In this document: one piece after another, positions 28,863 through 40,754 of the stretch
Layout: the number at the start of each line of letters is the position of its first letter
How positions within the stretch are numbered: the stretch's first letter is position 1
Source: Pseudomonadota bacterium
Lineage (GTDB): Bacteria > Bdellovibrionota_C > UBA2361 > OMII01
DNA: 64,000 bases
Direction: 5' to 3'
Assembly: GCA_038134595.1 (NCBI GenBank)
Contig: JAYPVM010000006.1
Span: 1-64,000, forward strand
Translations under genes and position numbers: made by a program
Notes under the pieces: generated by a model
Told to the model about the DNA's origin: nothing
The model's database searches: none
Seen by the model: only the letters and a program-made list of their open reading frames with translations

Positions 28863-30395
28863 TTATATGGAAAGTCCATTTTTTCCCTTAAGCGACATTG
28901 CTTCAAAGCATAACCGCGCCACAAAGACCGCGCAAAACAGTGTCGTAATAATGCCGACCGATAACGTAACAGCAAAACCTCTCACCGGTCCTGTACCAAA
29001 ATAGTAGAGGATTGCTCCGGCCAAAAGGGTTGTAATATTTGAATCAAAAATAGCACTAAAAGCCTTATCAAACCCCGAATGAACAGCCAAATCTCTCGAA
29101 ACTCCGGCACGAAGCTCATCTCGAATTCGCTCAAAAATTATCACGTTTGAGTCAACAGCCATACCAATTGTAAGGGCCAGTCCCGCTAATCCGGGAAGCG
29201 TTAACGTTGCTCCAAAAAGAGAGAGACACGCAACCATCAACACTGCATTTAGAAGCAATGTACCGACCGCAATCACCCCCGACTTACCGTAGTAAATCAC
29301 CATAAAGAGGGCAATTATGACAAAGCCTAGCGCCATTGCGTAAAGACCCTTTTTTACCGATTCAAGACCAAGCGTTGGACCAACCGTTCGCTCTTCAAGA
29401 ACGTAGAGGGGAGCTGGGAGCGCTCCAGCCTTCAAAACGACCTTAAGCTGTCGAGCCTCCTCCATCGAAAAACCTCCTGTAATACTCGCCTGACCCCCAG
29501 TAATGGCAGATCGTATAACTGGAGCCGAATACAACACTCCATCAAGTATTATTGCTAATTGTCGTCCGATGTTTTCGGCGGTAATTCGCGCAAAATCCTG
29601 TGCTCCAACCGCACTCATCTTCAACGAAACTTCAACTTGACCATTTTGATCGAAATCAACCCGCGCATCTGCCACGGCGTCTCCGGTCAGCAGCGCTTCT
29701 TCCTCAACGATGCGCATTCCGCCCCGTTCATCTTTCACGGAGATAGTTCCAACTCCACTTGCTCCTTTCGGAATTAGATGAAATTCAAGCTTTGCTACCG
29801 ATCCTACAACTTTCTTCACTGATTCTACGTCGGAGATGCCGGGCATCTGTAGTATAATACGATTCTCGCCCGAAGTTTGGATCAGGGGTTCTGACACCCC
29901 AAATTGGTCAACTCGATTACGAAGAGTTTCAACCGCTTGCTCAATTGCCTCATGTTCAATTCTATTGGTCGTTGCGGGCAAAAACCGCCACGTGAGGCGC
30001 GGCTGCCCAGTCGATGAGTCGACACCCACAAAAGAGAGCTCAGATGATACATCCCGAGCAATTTCTTTGGCCTGTTCAACAAATATATCAGACAGAAGTG
30101 TTAGTGATAGAGAAGCATCGCTACCGACCGTGCCCCTCATTGCAGCTATCTTTTTCTCTCGAAGGCGCGATCGAAGAGATGACAATGTGCTTTGGAGCCT
30201 GCTACGCACAGCCTCTTTTGCCTCAACTCCATAGACAAGATGCACTCCGCCACTAATATCAAGCCCCAGTGCAAGTGGTTTCGTCGGCCAATCTGAGGTA
30301 AACGACTTGCCGAATATAGATGGCAAGAGGCATCCAATAGCGAACACGATAACAACGCCTAGGATTAAAATCTTTTGAAATGTATCTCGAATCAT
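28863..30395 (-). CDS. secD: protein translocase subunit SecD
   Basis: LGLDISGG, RVDQFGVSEP, AGALPAP, LTLPGLAG, GMAVDSNVIIFERI and DSNITT motifs. Confidence 0.97.
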   Translation of the reverse strand: MIRDTFQKILILGVVIVFAIGCLLPSIFGKSFTSDWPTKPLALGLDISGGVHLVYGVEAKEAVRSRLQSTLSSLRSRLREKKIAAMRGTVGSDASLSLTLLSDIFVEQAKEIARDVSSELSFVGVDSSTGQPRLTWRFLPATTNRIEHEAIEQAVETLRNRVDQFGVSEPLIQTSGENRIILQMPGISDVESVKKVVGSVAKLEFHLIPKGASGVGTISVKDERGGMRIVEEEALLTGDAVADARVDFDQNGQVEVSLKMSAVGAQDFARITAENIGRQLAIILDGVLYSAPVIRSAITGGQASITGGFSMEEARQLKVVLKAGALPAPLYVLEERTVGPTLGLESVKKGLYAMALGFVIIALFMVIYYGKSGVIAVGTLLLNAVLMVACLSLFGATLTLPGLAGLALTIGMAVDSNVIIFERIRDELRAGVSRDLAVHSGFDKAFSAIFDSNITTLLAGAILYYFGTGPVRGFAVTLSVGIITTLFCAVFVARLCFEAMSLKGKNGLSI

Positions 30396-30416
30396 GCGAC
30401 GTATCCCAATTACTAT

Positions 30417-30800
30417 TTAGGCCCCTGCTTTTTCAACTTTTGTGATATGAGAGCTCAGAACTTTAATCTTTACATTTTGTGCAATTTCTACAAGAACATG
30501 GTCGCTTCCTTCCACCGTGGCGACTTTACCCAGAATACCACTTGAAGTCACAACAGAATCACCGCGCTTCAAAGCTTCCATCATTGCCTTATGCTTCTTA
30601 CTCTTATTCTCCTGTGGTCGTATAACCATGAAGTAAAAAATTAAATAACAAATGGCTAGCATCGGTAGCATTTGAACCAAAGCGTCCAACAACGACGGTG
30701 GCGTCGCCGAGGATCCTCCCGCAGAGGAAGCATCTTGCGCATATGCATCCGAAAAACAACAACTCACCGACAAAAGAAGCGAAAAAAAACGAACTACCAT
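30417..30800 (-). CDS. yajC: preprotein translocase subunit YajC
   Basis: FYFMVIRPQ and LKRGDSVVTSSGILG motifs; upstream of secD. Confidence 0.95.
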   Translation of the reverse strand: MVVRFFSLLLSVSCCFSDAYAQDASSAGGSSATPPSLLDALVQMLPMLAICYLIFYFMVIRPQENKSKKHKAMMEALKRGDSVVTSSGILGKVATVEGSDHVLVEIAQNVKIKVLSSHITKVEKAGA

Positions 30801-31053
30801 AACTACAATCCTAACGTAGACATTTTAAAAGGGATCTTTGTAGGGAAATACCACAGTATGCCCCGTAATGCGATCCCTCTTTTATCTCTATAACACTATC
30901 TCTCTTACCTACTTTTTACGTTTATGGCGTGATTACATGTCAAGCATCTATGTCATACCTAATCCCGATCAACACCATGCGTTTGAACACAGCACTCTCT
31001 CTTTTTTAGGTACCACTAGCTCTGTAGCCGGACGCTCAGAGAATCCCACCATT

Positions 31054-32364
31054 CTATAGAAATCTCTCCAAAATCTCCGAATTGCGCACCCTTATCGTCT
31101 GCTCACGACCTGGGCCTACACTAGCCAAAACAACCTTGCAACCAGATAGCTCCTCAATTTTCTCAACAAACCCCTGTACCGTCGTCGGCAAATCCGAATA
31201 ATCTTGCACTGATGTAAGATCATCATGCCACCCTGGCATATCTACATAAACAGGCTCAAGCCCCTCAAAATCCTGAAATCGTGCCGGAAGGTCATCGACA
31301 ACGCCAGAGACATTCGTGTATCCCACACACAGCCGTATAGTTTCCAAACCTGACAATACATCGAGCTTAGTTAACACGAGCGCATCAATCCCACTGACTC
31401 GAACAGCACGTCGAAGGGCCACGATATCCAACCAGCCGCACCTACGAGGTCGGCCTGTTACCGTACCGAATTCATGCCCCTTCTCCCTCAAATACTCGCC
31501 AACGGAATCACTGAGCTCAGTTGGAAAAGGCCCCTCACCGACTCGGGTTGTATATGCTTTGACTACACCAACGACCTCCCCAATACATCGCGGCCCAATT
31601 CCTACACCACTAAGCACCCCGCCAGCGCCGGTAGATGATGAGGTGACGTAGGGATATGTCCCGTGAGTCTGATCGAGCAACACCCCTTGCGCACCCTCAA
31701 AGATTACATTTTCTCCATTTTCGATAGCCGTCGTTATCAAAGAACTTCCATTTCCCACGTATGGAGCCAAAACTTCAGCTTGCATTCGTAAGGTCTCCCA
31801 GAGAGATTCAAACTCAATCTGCACCTCGCTCTCAAGAACGTGTCGAAGGATCTTATTCTTCTCGTCTACATGCCTTCGAACAAGATCTTTACACGCATCA
31901 ATGCCACAAAGATCGGCAGCTCGAATACCGGAGCGCTGGCTTCTATCCTCATATGCCGGACCAATTCCCTTACCGGTGGTTCCAATCTTCCCGGCACCAC
32001 GCCTTTCTTCTCGCGCCTTGTCGATCGCGATGTGATAATCAAGCACAAGGTGCGCATCGCGGTCTATTACGATTCGTCCAGGAGAAACATCACCACCAAC
32101 AGAACGTATTTGTTCGATCTCCTGGATTAAAATGGACGGGTTTAAAACAACCCCGGCTCCCAAGAGGCATTGAACTCCGGGTCGCAATATTCCACTAGGA
32201 AGAAGACTAAGAGCGGTCTTTTCTCCATCGATAACTATCGTATGGCCGGCATTGTTTCCGCCCTGGTAGCGAACTACCCATCGCGCCTGCCTGGTCAATA
32301 CATCGACAAATTTACCCTTACCTTCATCTCCCCACTGTGCGCCAACAATTACCATACTCGACAT
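31054..32364 (-). CDS. purA: adenylosuccinate synthetase
   Basis: QWGDEGKGK, GGNNAGHT, GTTGKGIGP, EGAQG, YPYVTSS and GTVTGRPRRCGW motifs. Confidence 0.98.
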   Translation of the reverse strand: MSSMVIVGAQWGDEGKGKFVDVLTRQARWVVRYQGGNNAGHTIVIDGEKTALSLLPSGILRPGVQCLLGAGVVLNPSILIQEIEQIRSVGGDVSPGRIVIDRDAHLVLDYHIAIDKAREERRGAGKIGTTGKGIGPAYEDRSQRSGIRAADLCGIDACKDLVRRHVDEKNKILRHVLESEVQIEFESLWETLRMQAEVLAPYVGNGSSLITTAIENGENVIFEGAQGVLLDQTHGTYPYVTSSSTGAGGVLSGVGIGPRCIGEVVGVVKAYTTRVGEGPFPTELSDSVGEYLREKGHEFGTVTGRPRRCGWLDIVALRRAVRVSGIDALVLTKLDVLSGLETIRLCVGYTNVSGVVDDLPARFQDFEGLEPVYVDMPGWHDDLTSVQDYSDLPTTVQGFVEKIEELSGCKVVLASVGPGREQTIRVRNSEILERFL

Positions 32365-32496
32365 ATCGTTTGCCCTCTTCTCTCTCGATCTCGCTTGCGA
32401 AACTTCCCGCCAGCGAATCGTTACTAGACAACCAGTTAAAGCCCGTTGAGTCTATCAAGGTCTTTTTTTAAAACACACACAATTTATCTCTCTTAG

Positions 32497-33387
32497 CTAT
32501 CTACCCACGTTCTTAAAAAACGCGAATCGCTCTCCTGCTATAACTTCCAGAAGACCAAGACTTTCCGACGTGCAAGAATCGGAAAATACAACGTATTCTC
32601 CAACACTTAAAACATACTGCTTAGTCGCACACTCCCAGGCTTGCTTCAAGGCCGATTCCTTCCCCTGAAGTAGCCTCTCTGAATCCAATTCATCTAACTC
32701 TATGCGTTTACTATCTGGTAGAGCACAGGCCCAATCGACAAGGCTTTCCCAGTCTACATCATCAACTGAAACGGCATTGTCTATCGAAAATCCTCCCGAA
32801 ACCTCGCGGTGAATTGACTCAACCGCTCCGCCACATCCCAAACGCTCGCCGATATCACGCGCAAGCGAACGAACATAGGTTCCTGGACTACACGACACAC
32901 GGTAGGAAAATGAAGCTCTATCATCTAGAGGAAGACACTCGAATTGATCGATTATCACTGCCCTTGAGGCCAAGTCAAAAGACTCTCCCATTCGATGTCG
33001 AGTATAGGCTCTTTTACCGTTTACCTTTACTGCACTAACCTTGGGAGGAACTTGACGAATTTCTCCGACAAACTCTGAGAGAACAGACTCAATCTCAGAC
33101 CATTCAGGAAGCGTGTCCGTTTTCTGAATAATTTCACCCGACATATCGTCTGTCGACGTACGCACTCCTAATCGCATTATTCCGGAGTAAACTTTCATTC
33201 CGCCAGAGGCAAACGGGGCGATCTTGGTTGCGCCGTTAACAAGAACCACAAGAAGGCCCGTAGCATCGGGGTCAAGTGTGCCAGCATGACCGACCTTCGT
33301 CGCACCTAATCTTCTCTTTACCTGTGCAACAATGCGGGCCGAGGAGGTTCCTGCTGGCTTATCTATGAGAACAACTCCGTTCCTCAT
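32497..33387 (-). CDS. truB: tRNA pseudouridine(55) synthase
   Basis: GHAGTLDP, QVPPKVSAVK and CSPGTYVRSL motifs. Confidence 0.96.
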   Translation of the reverse strand: MRNGVVLIDKPAGTSSARIVAQVKRRLGATKVGHAGTLDPDATGLLVVLVNGATKIAPFASGGMKVYSGIMRLGVRTSTDDMSGEIIQKTDTLPEWSEIESVLSEFVGEIRQVPPKVSAVKVNGKRAYTRHRMGESFDLASRAVIIDQFECLPLDDRASFSYRVSCSPGTYVRSLARDIGERLGCGGAVESIHREVSGGFSIDNAVSVDDVDWESLVDWACALPDSKRIELDELDSERLLQGKESALKQAWECATKQYVLSVGEYVVFSDSCTSESLGLLEVIAGERFAFFKNVGR

Positions 33388-33394
33388 CTCATCC

Positions 33395-34381
33395 CTACAG
33401 AGCCTTATTTACTGCGGAACGAACAGCAGTCTGCAATTGATCTAAATCACCACGCCAACGAAACGCCGCAGCAGCTTTATGTCCACCACCACCAAGCGAT
33501 TGAGCTATCTGAGAGCAATCAACTACGCCCTGCCGAGAACGCAAACTAACTCGCCAAAGATCTGTGTCTTGTTTGTAGAGCGCCGAAACCTTGACTCCCT
33601 CTATATCACGGGCTTCCTCTGCCAATCCTTCGGCATCAATAATCTCGGCACTAAATGATTTTAACATATCCTGGGTTACAGTGACTTCTGCAAACCCATT
33701 AGGATACACTACAATATCTGATATAGCCGACGCTTGCAGGCGTACCCTTGACAAAGACTGATTACCAAAAAGATCTTGAGCAATGATTGCAGGAAGTGCA
33801 CCTCTCTTTAAGAGATTGTGTGCGACCAAAAACGTTTGTGAAGTAGTACTTCCATATCGGAAAAACCCCGTGTCACCCATAATGCCCGCCAGCAAGCAAT
33901 TAGCCACATCACTCGCGATCAAATCATCACGTCCCGTTTCACGCTCTAGCGCAGTAAGTAGTTCGTATACTAGCTCTGAGGTTGAACTCATGCCTTCGAC
34001 TACATAATTTAACGATCCAAAACGTGAGTTCGATGTATGATGATCGATATTAATTACACAGGTGGCTTGCTTGAGGTTCTCTACTAGGGTGTCCCCAACC
34101 CGATCAGCGCCCCCACAATCACACACTATAAGCGTATCGTCCGATTCGAGCTCTGGCCAAGCCCCCTGTATAACATCCTCCGCGCCTGGGATAGCTCCGT
34201 AGCGAGGCACAAACCCATCGTCGTTGTACACCGCCACAGACTTGCCTAATCGCTTCAATGCCAAAGCCAAACCACAAGATGAACCATAAGCATCTGCATC
34301 AGGATTTGTATGAGAGACCACGACTATGCTCGGTGAGTCGATTATTCTTGAAACGATCTGCCCAATTTCATCAACACTCAC
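33395..34381 (-). CDS. nrnA: DHH/DHHA1 bifunctional oligoribonuclease/PAP phosphatase
   Basis: HTNPDAD, IDHH, DTG, SLRS and GGGGHKAAA motifs; between rbfA and truB. Confidence 0.9.
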   Translation of the reverse strand: MSVDEIGQIVSRIIDSPSIVVVSHTNPDADAYGSSCGLALALKRLGKSVAVYNDDGFVPRYGAIPGAEDVIQGAWPELESDDTLIVCDCGGADRVGDTLVENLKQATCVINIDHHTSNSRFGSLNYVVEGMSSTSELVYELLTALERETGRDDLIASDVANCLLAGIMGDTGFFRYGSTTSQTFLVAHNLLKRGALPAIIAQDLFGNQSLSRVRLQASAISDIVVYPNGFAEVTVTQDMLKSFSAEIIDAEGLAEEARDIEGVKVSALYKQDTDLWRVSLRSRQGVVDCSQIAQSLGGGGHKAAAAFRWRGDLDQLQTAVRSAVNKAL

Positions 34382-34752
34382 TCTGCAGCCTCCCCTGATG
34401 ACTTGATTCTCCCCATGAGTCGCTCAACATCTTCTGCCGTATCAAGGGTATCATCATAGAAAAACTTCAGTTCTGGAACGAAGCGAATTCCAAGCGGTTT
34501 TCCCAACATCCTTCGAAACAATCCCTCTGCGGAAATAAAAGCCTCTGTGACTTCTTGAATACGCTCCTGTCTATCTTGTTCCGAGAGAAACGAGACCACC
34601 CAGTATACCTTCGCCGTCCGTAGGTCAGGGGAAACCATCACTGATGTTATCGTAACTAAATTAAACCGAGGATCAGCGGTGTGCAAAAGATGGTTCGCTA
34701 CCAGCTCTCTTATACGTTCGCCAACCTGATAAACTCTTCTGCTCCCAGCCAT
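34378..34752 (-). CDS. rbfA: ribosome-binding factor A
   Basis: DPR, VTITSVMVSPDL and PELKFFYD motifs; follows infB. Confidence 0.95.
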   Translation of the reverse strand: MAGSRRVYQVGERIRELVANHLLHTADPRFNLVTITSVMVSPDLRTAKVYWVVSFLSEQDRQERIQEVTEAFISAEGLFRRMLGKPLGIRFVPELKFFYDDTLDTAEDVERLMGRIKSSGEAAE

Positions 34753-34827
34753 ATACATCCTCTACTACACAATAATCCTGCTGGTCTTGGAACACTACAA
34801 TAAAGACTTAAAAAGGATGGTCGATAA

Positions 34828-37512
34828 CTATTCCAACGTTGGAGCCACTTCTTTCAATTCGAAGACTTCGATGACGTCTCCAATCTTCACATCATTGTAT
34901 CCCTCTAGGCCGATACCACACTCGAATCCAGCTTGAACCTCTTTTACATCGTCCTTAAAGCGTCGCAAACTAGACATCTTCCCTTCGTGAATAATTCGGC
35001 TATCTCTTAACAACCTAGCACGTGCGTTGCGCCTGATCATTCCACCCGTCACATAACAACCAGCTATTGTGCCAATCTTTGGAATCGTAAAGGTTTCCCT
35101 AACCTCAACCCGTCCGAGATCCGACTCTTCGTGAACTGGATCAAGTAATCCCACCATTGCATTCTTCACATCATCGAGCAGTTCATAGATCACTCGATAA
35201 AAGCGAATCTGAATCCCTGACCGCTCTGCGTCTGCAAGCGCTCTAGGCTCTCCACGTACTCCGAAACCAACGATGATAGCACTTGAAGCAATCGCCAACT
35301 GGACATCACTTTCAGTGATACCACCTACAGCAGCATGGAGCACTCGAACCTTAACCTTCTCGCCTGACAGCTTTTCAATGGATTGTTTAACAGCCTCAAC
35401 GGAACCCTGAACATCGGCCTTTAAAATAACATTCAACTCTGCCGCTGCTTGATTCGATGCTCGCTTAGCAAACTCCTCGAGACTAATAGGGCCACTAGCC
35501 AACGCACGTTGCTGTTGTTCTCTACGCTGTGCCCGATTACTAGCCACTTCACGCGCGTCTGAGTCAGAGCCCATCACAACAAAGTCATCTCCTGCCTCAG
35601 GCATTCCATTGAGACCAGTAATCTCTACTGGTGTCGACGGTCCGGCCTCTTTCAAAGCTTGCCCCTGGTAATCAGTCATAGTTCGCACACGACCGAATTC
35701 ACTACCCGAAACAAAGACATCGCCAACTCGCAACGTTCCAGCCTGTACCAAAACGGTGGCGACCACACCACGCCCGCGATCTTGTCGACTCTCAATAATA
35801 CTCCCCTTCGCGCGTCTATCTGGATTAGCCTTGAAATCTTCCACCTCGGCTATTAGAAGAATGCCTTCAAGCAATTCGGCAACCCCCTCACCTTGAAGTG
35901 CCGACACTGGAAAGAACATAGTATCTCCACCCCAGTCCTCAGGCTGCAACCCGAACTCAGCAAGTTGGGTCCTAATCTTATCCGGATTTGCATCCGGTTT
36001 ATCCATTTTATTGATTGCTACTACAATTGGAACTTTAGCGGCTTGTGCATGGTTGATAGCTTCTCTGGTTTGAGGCATTACACCATCATCGGCAGCAACG
36101 ACTAAAATAACGATATCAGTAACGTTAGCTCCTCTTGCACGCATTGCCGTAAAAGCAGCGTGACCAGGAGTGTCGATAAAGCTAATCTTACCACCAGCAG
36201 GCGTCTCTACGCTGTAGGCACCGATATGTTGCGTAATTCCGCCCGCCTCTTTTGCAACCACAGAGGCACTGCGTATCTGGTCGAGAAGAGAGGTCTTTCC
36301 GTGATCAACGTGCCCCATAACCGTCACCACCGGCGGTCGCGTTACTAATACTGCGCCTTCATCTTCGGCCTCATCCTTGATGAGATCTTCTTCGTTAAAC
36401 TCAACGTGCTTAACTTCATAGCCAAGCTCATCTGCAACTATCTGAGCTGTCTCCTTATCAATGGCGTGATTGATAGTCGCCATCACTCCTAATCCTAGAA
36501 GCTTCGCAATTACCTCACCAGACTTTAGGCTCATCTGCTTTGCCAAATCTCCAACTGTAATCGAATCTCCTAATTCGATTACACGCTTGGTCAATTTAGG
36601 CCGTTCAGCCTCAGTCAGCTCATCATGACCAGCTGAAAGATTCGACTTACCTTTATCCTTTTTACGTCGACCAGTTCGACCAGAATAATCCACCAGGTCA
36701 GTGCTACTAAATTCTCGTCGTCGCCCCTTTCGAGCAGCCCCTTTCCGGCGGGATTTATCATCCTCATCATCGAAATCAACCGGTTTCGGCGCCGCGCGCC
36801 CAACTCGTCCCTGAACCGGCCTAGGCTCAGCAGATCTCGCAGGTCGCTTCTGAGCCAAATCAATCTTACCCAGAATCTTTGGTCCTATCGCACTCTGCTC
36901 CCCTGCTTGCTGCTCAGTATCCGCTGCCACCTCAGAAGCATTCTTCTCGCCACCCTCTTCTACTGAACTCTCGCTCCTTACACTCTCGTCCTTGGCACTT
37001 TCCGCTAGCTCGCTAGGCTCCGTTGCCGCTCCCGCCGCATCCGCACTCTGCCCGCTGGCCTCATCGCCACCAGAAATATCTCCTTTTTCCTCTTTCTCCG
37101 GCGAGTCAGCTTGTTGCGTATCAATAGCTCGAGCAACAGACTCTCCTACAACAACTCCTGAAACCGCCGCATCAGTAGCTTTTTCTTCAGCGAGCTCCCG
37201 ACTTGGTTCCGAAGGAGCTGGATTAACCGAACGTCTACGCCTGATAACATTTCCAGAGCGCTTCTCTACAACTGTGATAGTTGCTCCGGTGTCCTTATCT
37301 ACCTTGGTGGTCACTGTCTCAGTTTCTTTAGGGGTAGACGCCCCGATAGTTTGACGCAGAATCGCCCTTCGGACACTATCCGCTTCATTTGCGTCCAAGG
37401 AGTGGGAATGAGAGCTTTTGCCCGGTATTCCAAGCTCTTGGGTTTTGGCCAAAATGACCTTATTCTCAACCCCAAGTTCCCGTGCTAACTCGTATATACG
37501 TATTTTTGCCAT
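34828..37512 (-). CDS. infB: translation initiation factor IF-2
   Basis: [27 protein letters not shown] and [10 protein letters not shown] motifs. Confidence 0.99.
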   Translation of the reverse strand: MAKIRIYELARELGVENKVILAKTQELGIPGKSSHSHSLDANEADSVRRAILRQTIGASTPKETETVTTKVDKDTGATITVVEKRSGNVIRRRRSVNPAPSEPSRELAEEKATDAAVSGVVVGESVARAIDTQQADSPEKEEKGDISGGDEASGQSADAAGAATEPSELAESAKDESVRSESSVEEGGEKNASEVAADTEQQAGEQSAIGPKILGKIDLAQKRPARSAEPRPVQGRVGRAAPKPVDFDDEDDKSRRKGAARKGRRREFSSTDLVDYSGRTGRRKKDKGKSNLSAGHDELTEAERPKLTKRVIELGDSITVGDLAKQMSLKSGEVIAKLLGLGVMATINHAIDKETAQIVADELGYEVKHVEFNEEDLIKDEAEDEGAVLVTRPPVVTVMGHVDHGKTSLLDQIRSASVVAKEAGGITQHIGAYSVETPAGGKISFIDTPGHAAFTAMRARGANVTDIVILVVAADDGVMPQTREAINHAQAAKVPIVVAINKMDKPDANPDKIRTQLAEFGLQPEDWGGDTMFFPVSALQGEGVAELLEGILLIAEVEDFKANPDRRAKGSIIESRQDRGRGVVATVLVQAGTLRVGDVFVSGSEFGRVRTMTDYQGQALKEAGPSTPVEITGLNGMPEAGDDFVVMGSDSDAREVASNRAQRREQQQRALASGPISLEEFAKRASNQAAAELNVILKADVQGSVEAVKQSIEKLSGEKVKVRVLHAAVGGITESDVQLAIASSAIIVGFGVRGEPRALADAERSGIQIRFYRVIYELLDDVKNAMVGLLDPVHEESDLGRVEVRETFTIPKIGTIAGCYVTGGMIRRNARARLLRDSRIIHEGKMSSLRRFKDDVKEVQAGFECGIGLEGYNDVKIGDVIEVFELKEVAPTLE

Positions 37513-37600
37513 GCGATCTTCTTGTTTTTACTTACCTAATCACCATCTACTCGTGTTTACAAAGCTACTTTCAAACCTCACACGTAAACACCTAAAAACT

Positions 37601-37870
37601 TCACTCAAGCCCTTCCATTAACGCCCTAGCTATCAACGGCAGAGAATCAAAGTCAACTCTGACCTTTTCAACTCGCAGTGCACGTTTCCACTTAGCCGGC
37701 TGATTCATCTTAGACAGACATTCAACCCTTCTGTGGACATATGCCCCACGACCAGGCAACCGATGGTTTTCATCCCATCGCAGAGCCAAATCACTAACCA
37801 CCATCCGCACTAACTCTCCCTTTGGAGCCTTTGCACGACAAATACAACACGTCCGCTGCTGCAAAGCCAA
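37601..37870 (-). CDS. ylxR: YlxR/RnpM family RNA-binding protein
   Basis: RTCCICR, LVR and GRGAYV motifs; between nusA and infB. Confidence 0.88.
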   Translation of the reverse strand: MALQQRTCCICRAKAPKGELVRMVVSDLALRWDENHRLPGRGAYVHRRVECLSKMNQPAKWKRALRVEKVRVDFDSLPLIARALMEGLE

Positions 37871-37887
37871 GTCCTACATCACCAACA

Positions 37888-39390
37888 TTAGCTTACAGAT
37901 TCTCTCTGTGCGCCAACACCACCCCGTAAAAACTTCTCTATCGCTTCCCGAACAGCAGAAACATCATGTTCTCCAATCCCGTCAACCGCGGACAAAACCT
38001 CGTCATCCGCCTCGATCAGTCGCTGAATGGTTGAAAACTTTGCGGCAACAAGCAAATCTCGAACATCTACCGGTATAGCAAGCCTATCAAGATCACTATA
38101 CACCGCTTCCTCTGCCTCAATACCATCTCCCTCTAGACCCTCATCGCCCAACGTGGCCAGATGCTCCTTGGCTTTAGCAATGATATCTGAACCCTCAGAT
38201 TGATCGAGCCCTTCGATATCCTCAAAGTCCTCAAGTGTAGCGTCCGCAACATCTCGAACACTGCGAAACCCTTGCTGAAAGAGAATCTCAGCATGCATAA
38301 AATCGATACCCGGAATAGAAGCCAACACCTCTCGTATCCGCTTAGACTCTTCTTCGGCAACAGACACACTCCTTACATCAATCCTCCAACCCGTCACCTT
38401 ACTGGCGAGTTTAACGTTCTGTCCACGCCGACCGATTGCAAGTGACAATTGATCATCAGGCACAACTACCTCCATCGAGTGCTGCTCCTCTTCAACTACT
38501 ACCCTACTCACCTCCGCTGGGGCTAATGCCCGAGCAACAAAACTCGGCTCGTCTGGGGTCCAGGTAATGATATCAATTCGCTCACCCCGAAGCTCCTGTA
38601 CTACAGCCTGAACTCGAGAGCCCTTAATCCCGACACACGCTCCAACTGGATCGATAGACGAATCACTACTGTGAACCGCAATTTTGGCCCGCTCACCTGG
38701 CTCTCTAGCAACTGCTTTTAGCTCAATAGTCCCTTCTGCAATTTCGGGAACCTCGAGCTCAAACAACTTGCGTAAAAAGTCAGGATGGCTTCGAGTTAAA
38801 ATAATCTGAGGCCCCCTGGCTGAACGATCAACATCGAGAATCATTCCTCTGAGCCTATCTCCCGGACGATATTTTTCACGTTGAATCTGCTCACGGCGCG
38901 GTAGTATTGCCTCGGTTCGCCCCAAGTTTACAACAATGTTGCCTCGCTCAGCACGCAGCACAATTCCGTTTATCAATTCGCCTTTTGAATCCTTATACTC
39001 CTCGTAGATAACGCCACGCTCAGCGTCCCGAACTTTTTGCATAATGACTTGTTTGGCTGTCTGAGCCGCGATTCTTCCCAAAACTACTGTATCGAGTTTC
39101 TTTCCAAGCTCTTCACCCACCATCGCCTCAGGATCTCCGGCTCGAGCCTCTTCTAAAGAGATTTGAGTGTCAGGATCCTCTACCGTATCAACGACGACCT
39201 TAAACTGAACCACCTCTACTTCGCCGGTATCCGGGTTCATCTTCGATTCAAGATTCAAGTTGTGGCCAAAATGCTTTCGAGCTGCTGATAGCATCGCAGA
39301 CTCTACCGCCTCAACAAGCACTTGCTTGTCGATACCCTTATCTCGTCCCATTTGTCCTAGAATTGCATTTAAGTCAAAATTCAACGACAT
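37888..39390 (-). CDS. nusA: transcription termination/antitermination factor NusA
   Basis: GRIAAQTAKQV, S1 and KH domains (AREPGERAK, DPVGACVG, LSLAIGRRGQN), two C-terminal HhH repeats. Confidence 0.98.
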   Translation of the reverse strand: MSLNFDLNAILGQMGRDKGIDKQVLVEAVESAMLSAARKHFGHNLNLESKMNPDTGEVEVVQFKVVVDTVEDPDTQISLEEARAGDPEAMVGEELGKKLDTVVLGRIAAQTAKQVIMQKVRDAERGVIYEEYKDSKGELINGIVLRAERGNIVVNLGRTEAILPRREQIQREKYRPGDRLRGMILDVDRSARGPQIILTRSHPDFLRKLFELEVPEIAEGTIELKAVAREPGERAKIAVHSSDSSIDPVGACVGIKGSRVQAVVQELRGERIDIITWTPDEPSFVARALAPAEVSRVVVEEEQHSMEVVVPDDQLSLAIGRRGQNVKLASKVTGWRIDVRSVSVAEEESKRIREVLASIPGIDFMHAEILFQQGFRSVRDVADATLEDFEDIEGLDQSEGSDIIAKAKEHLATLGDEGLEGDGIEAEEAVYSDLDRLAIPVDVRDLLVAAKFSTIQRLIEADDEVLSAVDGIGEHDVSAVREAIEKFLRGGVGAQRESVS

Positions 39391-39424
39391 ATCCTACCTC
39401 ATCATACACAGGCTTACTTACCCA

Positions 39425-39892
39425 TTAAAATTTAAAATCCACCCGAGCTTCCTTAATACTCGCAAACGAAATCAATACCGATTGCGAATCCTGCTCAGAC
39501 TCTAGAGTGATATTACCATCCTGAAATAACTTTATTACCCCAAAAACAACCTTAAACTTTTCTGTCTGCTGGTCCTTGAACTTTATTCGAACTCGCTCTC
39601 CAATCGCAGAGTAGAAGTGCTCTTCAAGCCGAAGCCTTCGATTAACACCCGGACTAGACACCTCCAATGAAGTTCCCGTCGGAATAAAACCCTCGGTCTC
39701 ATCCAAATCCAGAAGGCGCTTGGAAACGCGAACACAATCTTCAAACGTCACACCGCCCTCTTGGTCTGTTGTAATGTAGACACGAAGAAAACCTCCGCCC
39801 TTTGCACCAGGCGTGTCGATATCAAACAACTGAACACCCTCAGCCACCGCGACCGAGTCAACTGTCTGCCACAACGAGGACACAGCACTCAC
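39425..39892 (-). CDS. rimP: ribosome maturation factor RimP
   Basis: LRVYI, EDCVRVS and LEVSSPGVNRRL motifs; first gene of the nusA operon. Confidence 0.93.
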   Translation of the reverse strand: MSAVSSLWQTVDSVAVAEGVQLFDIDTPGAKGGGFLRVYITTDQEGGVTFEDCVRVSKRLLDLDETEGFIPTGTSLEVSSPGVNRRLRLEEHFYSAIGERVRIKFKDQQTEKFKVVFGVIKLFQDGNITLESEQDSQSVLISFASIKEARVDFKF

Positions 39893-40235
39893 AATATTTC
39901 CTCCACTACCAACAGTTCGTCATTAAAAGCTTCCTAATCAGGACGCTTGCTATCGCCTTGTTAGCAACGCACCAACCGCAGATACACGCTCCACGCCGCC
40001 ACGAACACGTGACCCTGACAAAATAAATCTGCACCAGGATAACGACTCTTAGAAACAAGGATATGCTCCTAAGCGACAGGGAACTGTCATCACGAGAGAC
40101 TGTAGCATACTCAACCCCAATATGCAACACGCTGAAAATGCTAGGATTATACCCAAGCACTTCAGAGACTCATTCGCTAACAAGCCCCTATAACACTTCT
40201 AATCCGTTACTATTTTTAACTACGCTCTGAAATCA

Positions 40236-40754
40236 CTAACTAGCAGTAAATGATGATAAATGATGAAAGTCTGGCTCCCCCCCTTCAGCATTACGGGACG
40301 ACATGTATGTGACCGATTTGGGAGCATAATGAATCGCCGCTACTTGCCAAGCAGTTACACGCCCCAAATACGCAACGATTTCTTCAAGTCCAAAAACAAG
40401 CTCCACTCTCCATTCACAGCGAGTAATTTCGACAGAGACCGATATCCTGGGCCGCTTACATCGAGCCTCAGCGCGCACTCGATATTCGGAAAACGGCATG
40501 AACCACCAAGCCCCTTGGCTACTCACATTAAACTCAACATACCGCCCGGTGTCGCCTGCAAGAAAGAGTTCGACTACATCCTGCTCCCAAAGCCCCTCAA
40601 CAAATTCCCCCCTTGAATCGACAGAACTATCGCGAGGAGCAAATGGCATCTGAACCGAATAGACACCCTCCTCTTCTCTCAGATTCAGCTCCCAGCAAAG
40701 CGGATCTTCAAGAATCGTCCCGTGCCAATCGTGTACTATAACTCCCTTCATCAC
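40236..40754 (-). CDS. DOMON-like beta-sandwich hypothetical protein
   Basis: LWEQDVVELFL..YVEFNVS..GAW and C-terminal PDFH resemble DOMON-like families, from recall. Confidence 0.55.
   Translation of the reverse strand: MMKGVIVHDWHGTILEDPLCWELNLREEEGVYSVQMPFAPRDSSVDSRGEFVEGLWEQDVVELFLAGDTGRYVEFNVSSQGAWWFMPFSEYRVRAEARCKRPRISVSVEITRCEWRVELVFGLEEIVAYLGRVTAWQVAAIHYAPKSVTYMSSRNAEGGEPDFHHLSSFTAS

Noticed and set aside
39906..40160. 84-aa ORF upstream of rimP, and ORFs 850-1131, 51017-51232 and 61647-61994
   Set aside because: No recognisable motifs or convincing SD and atypical composition; treated as intergenic.
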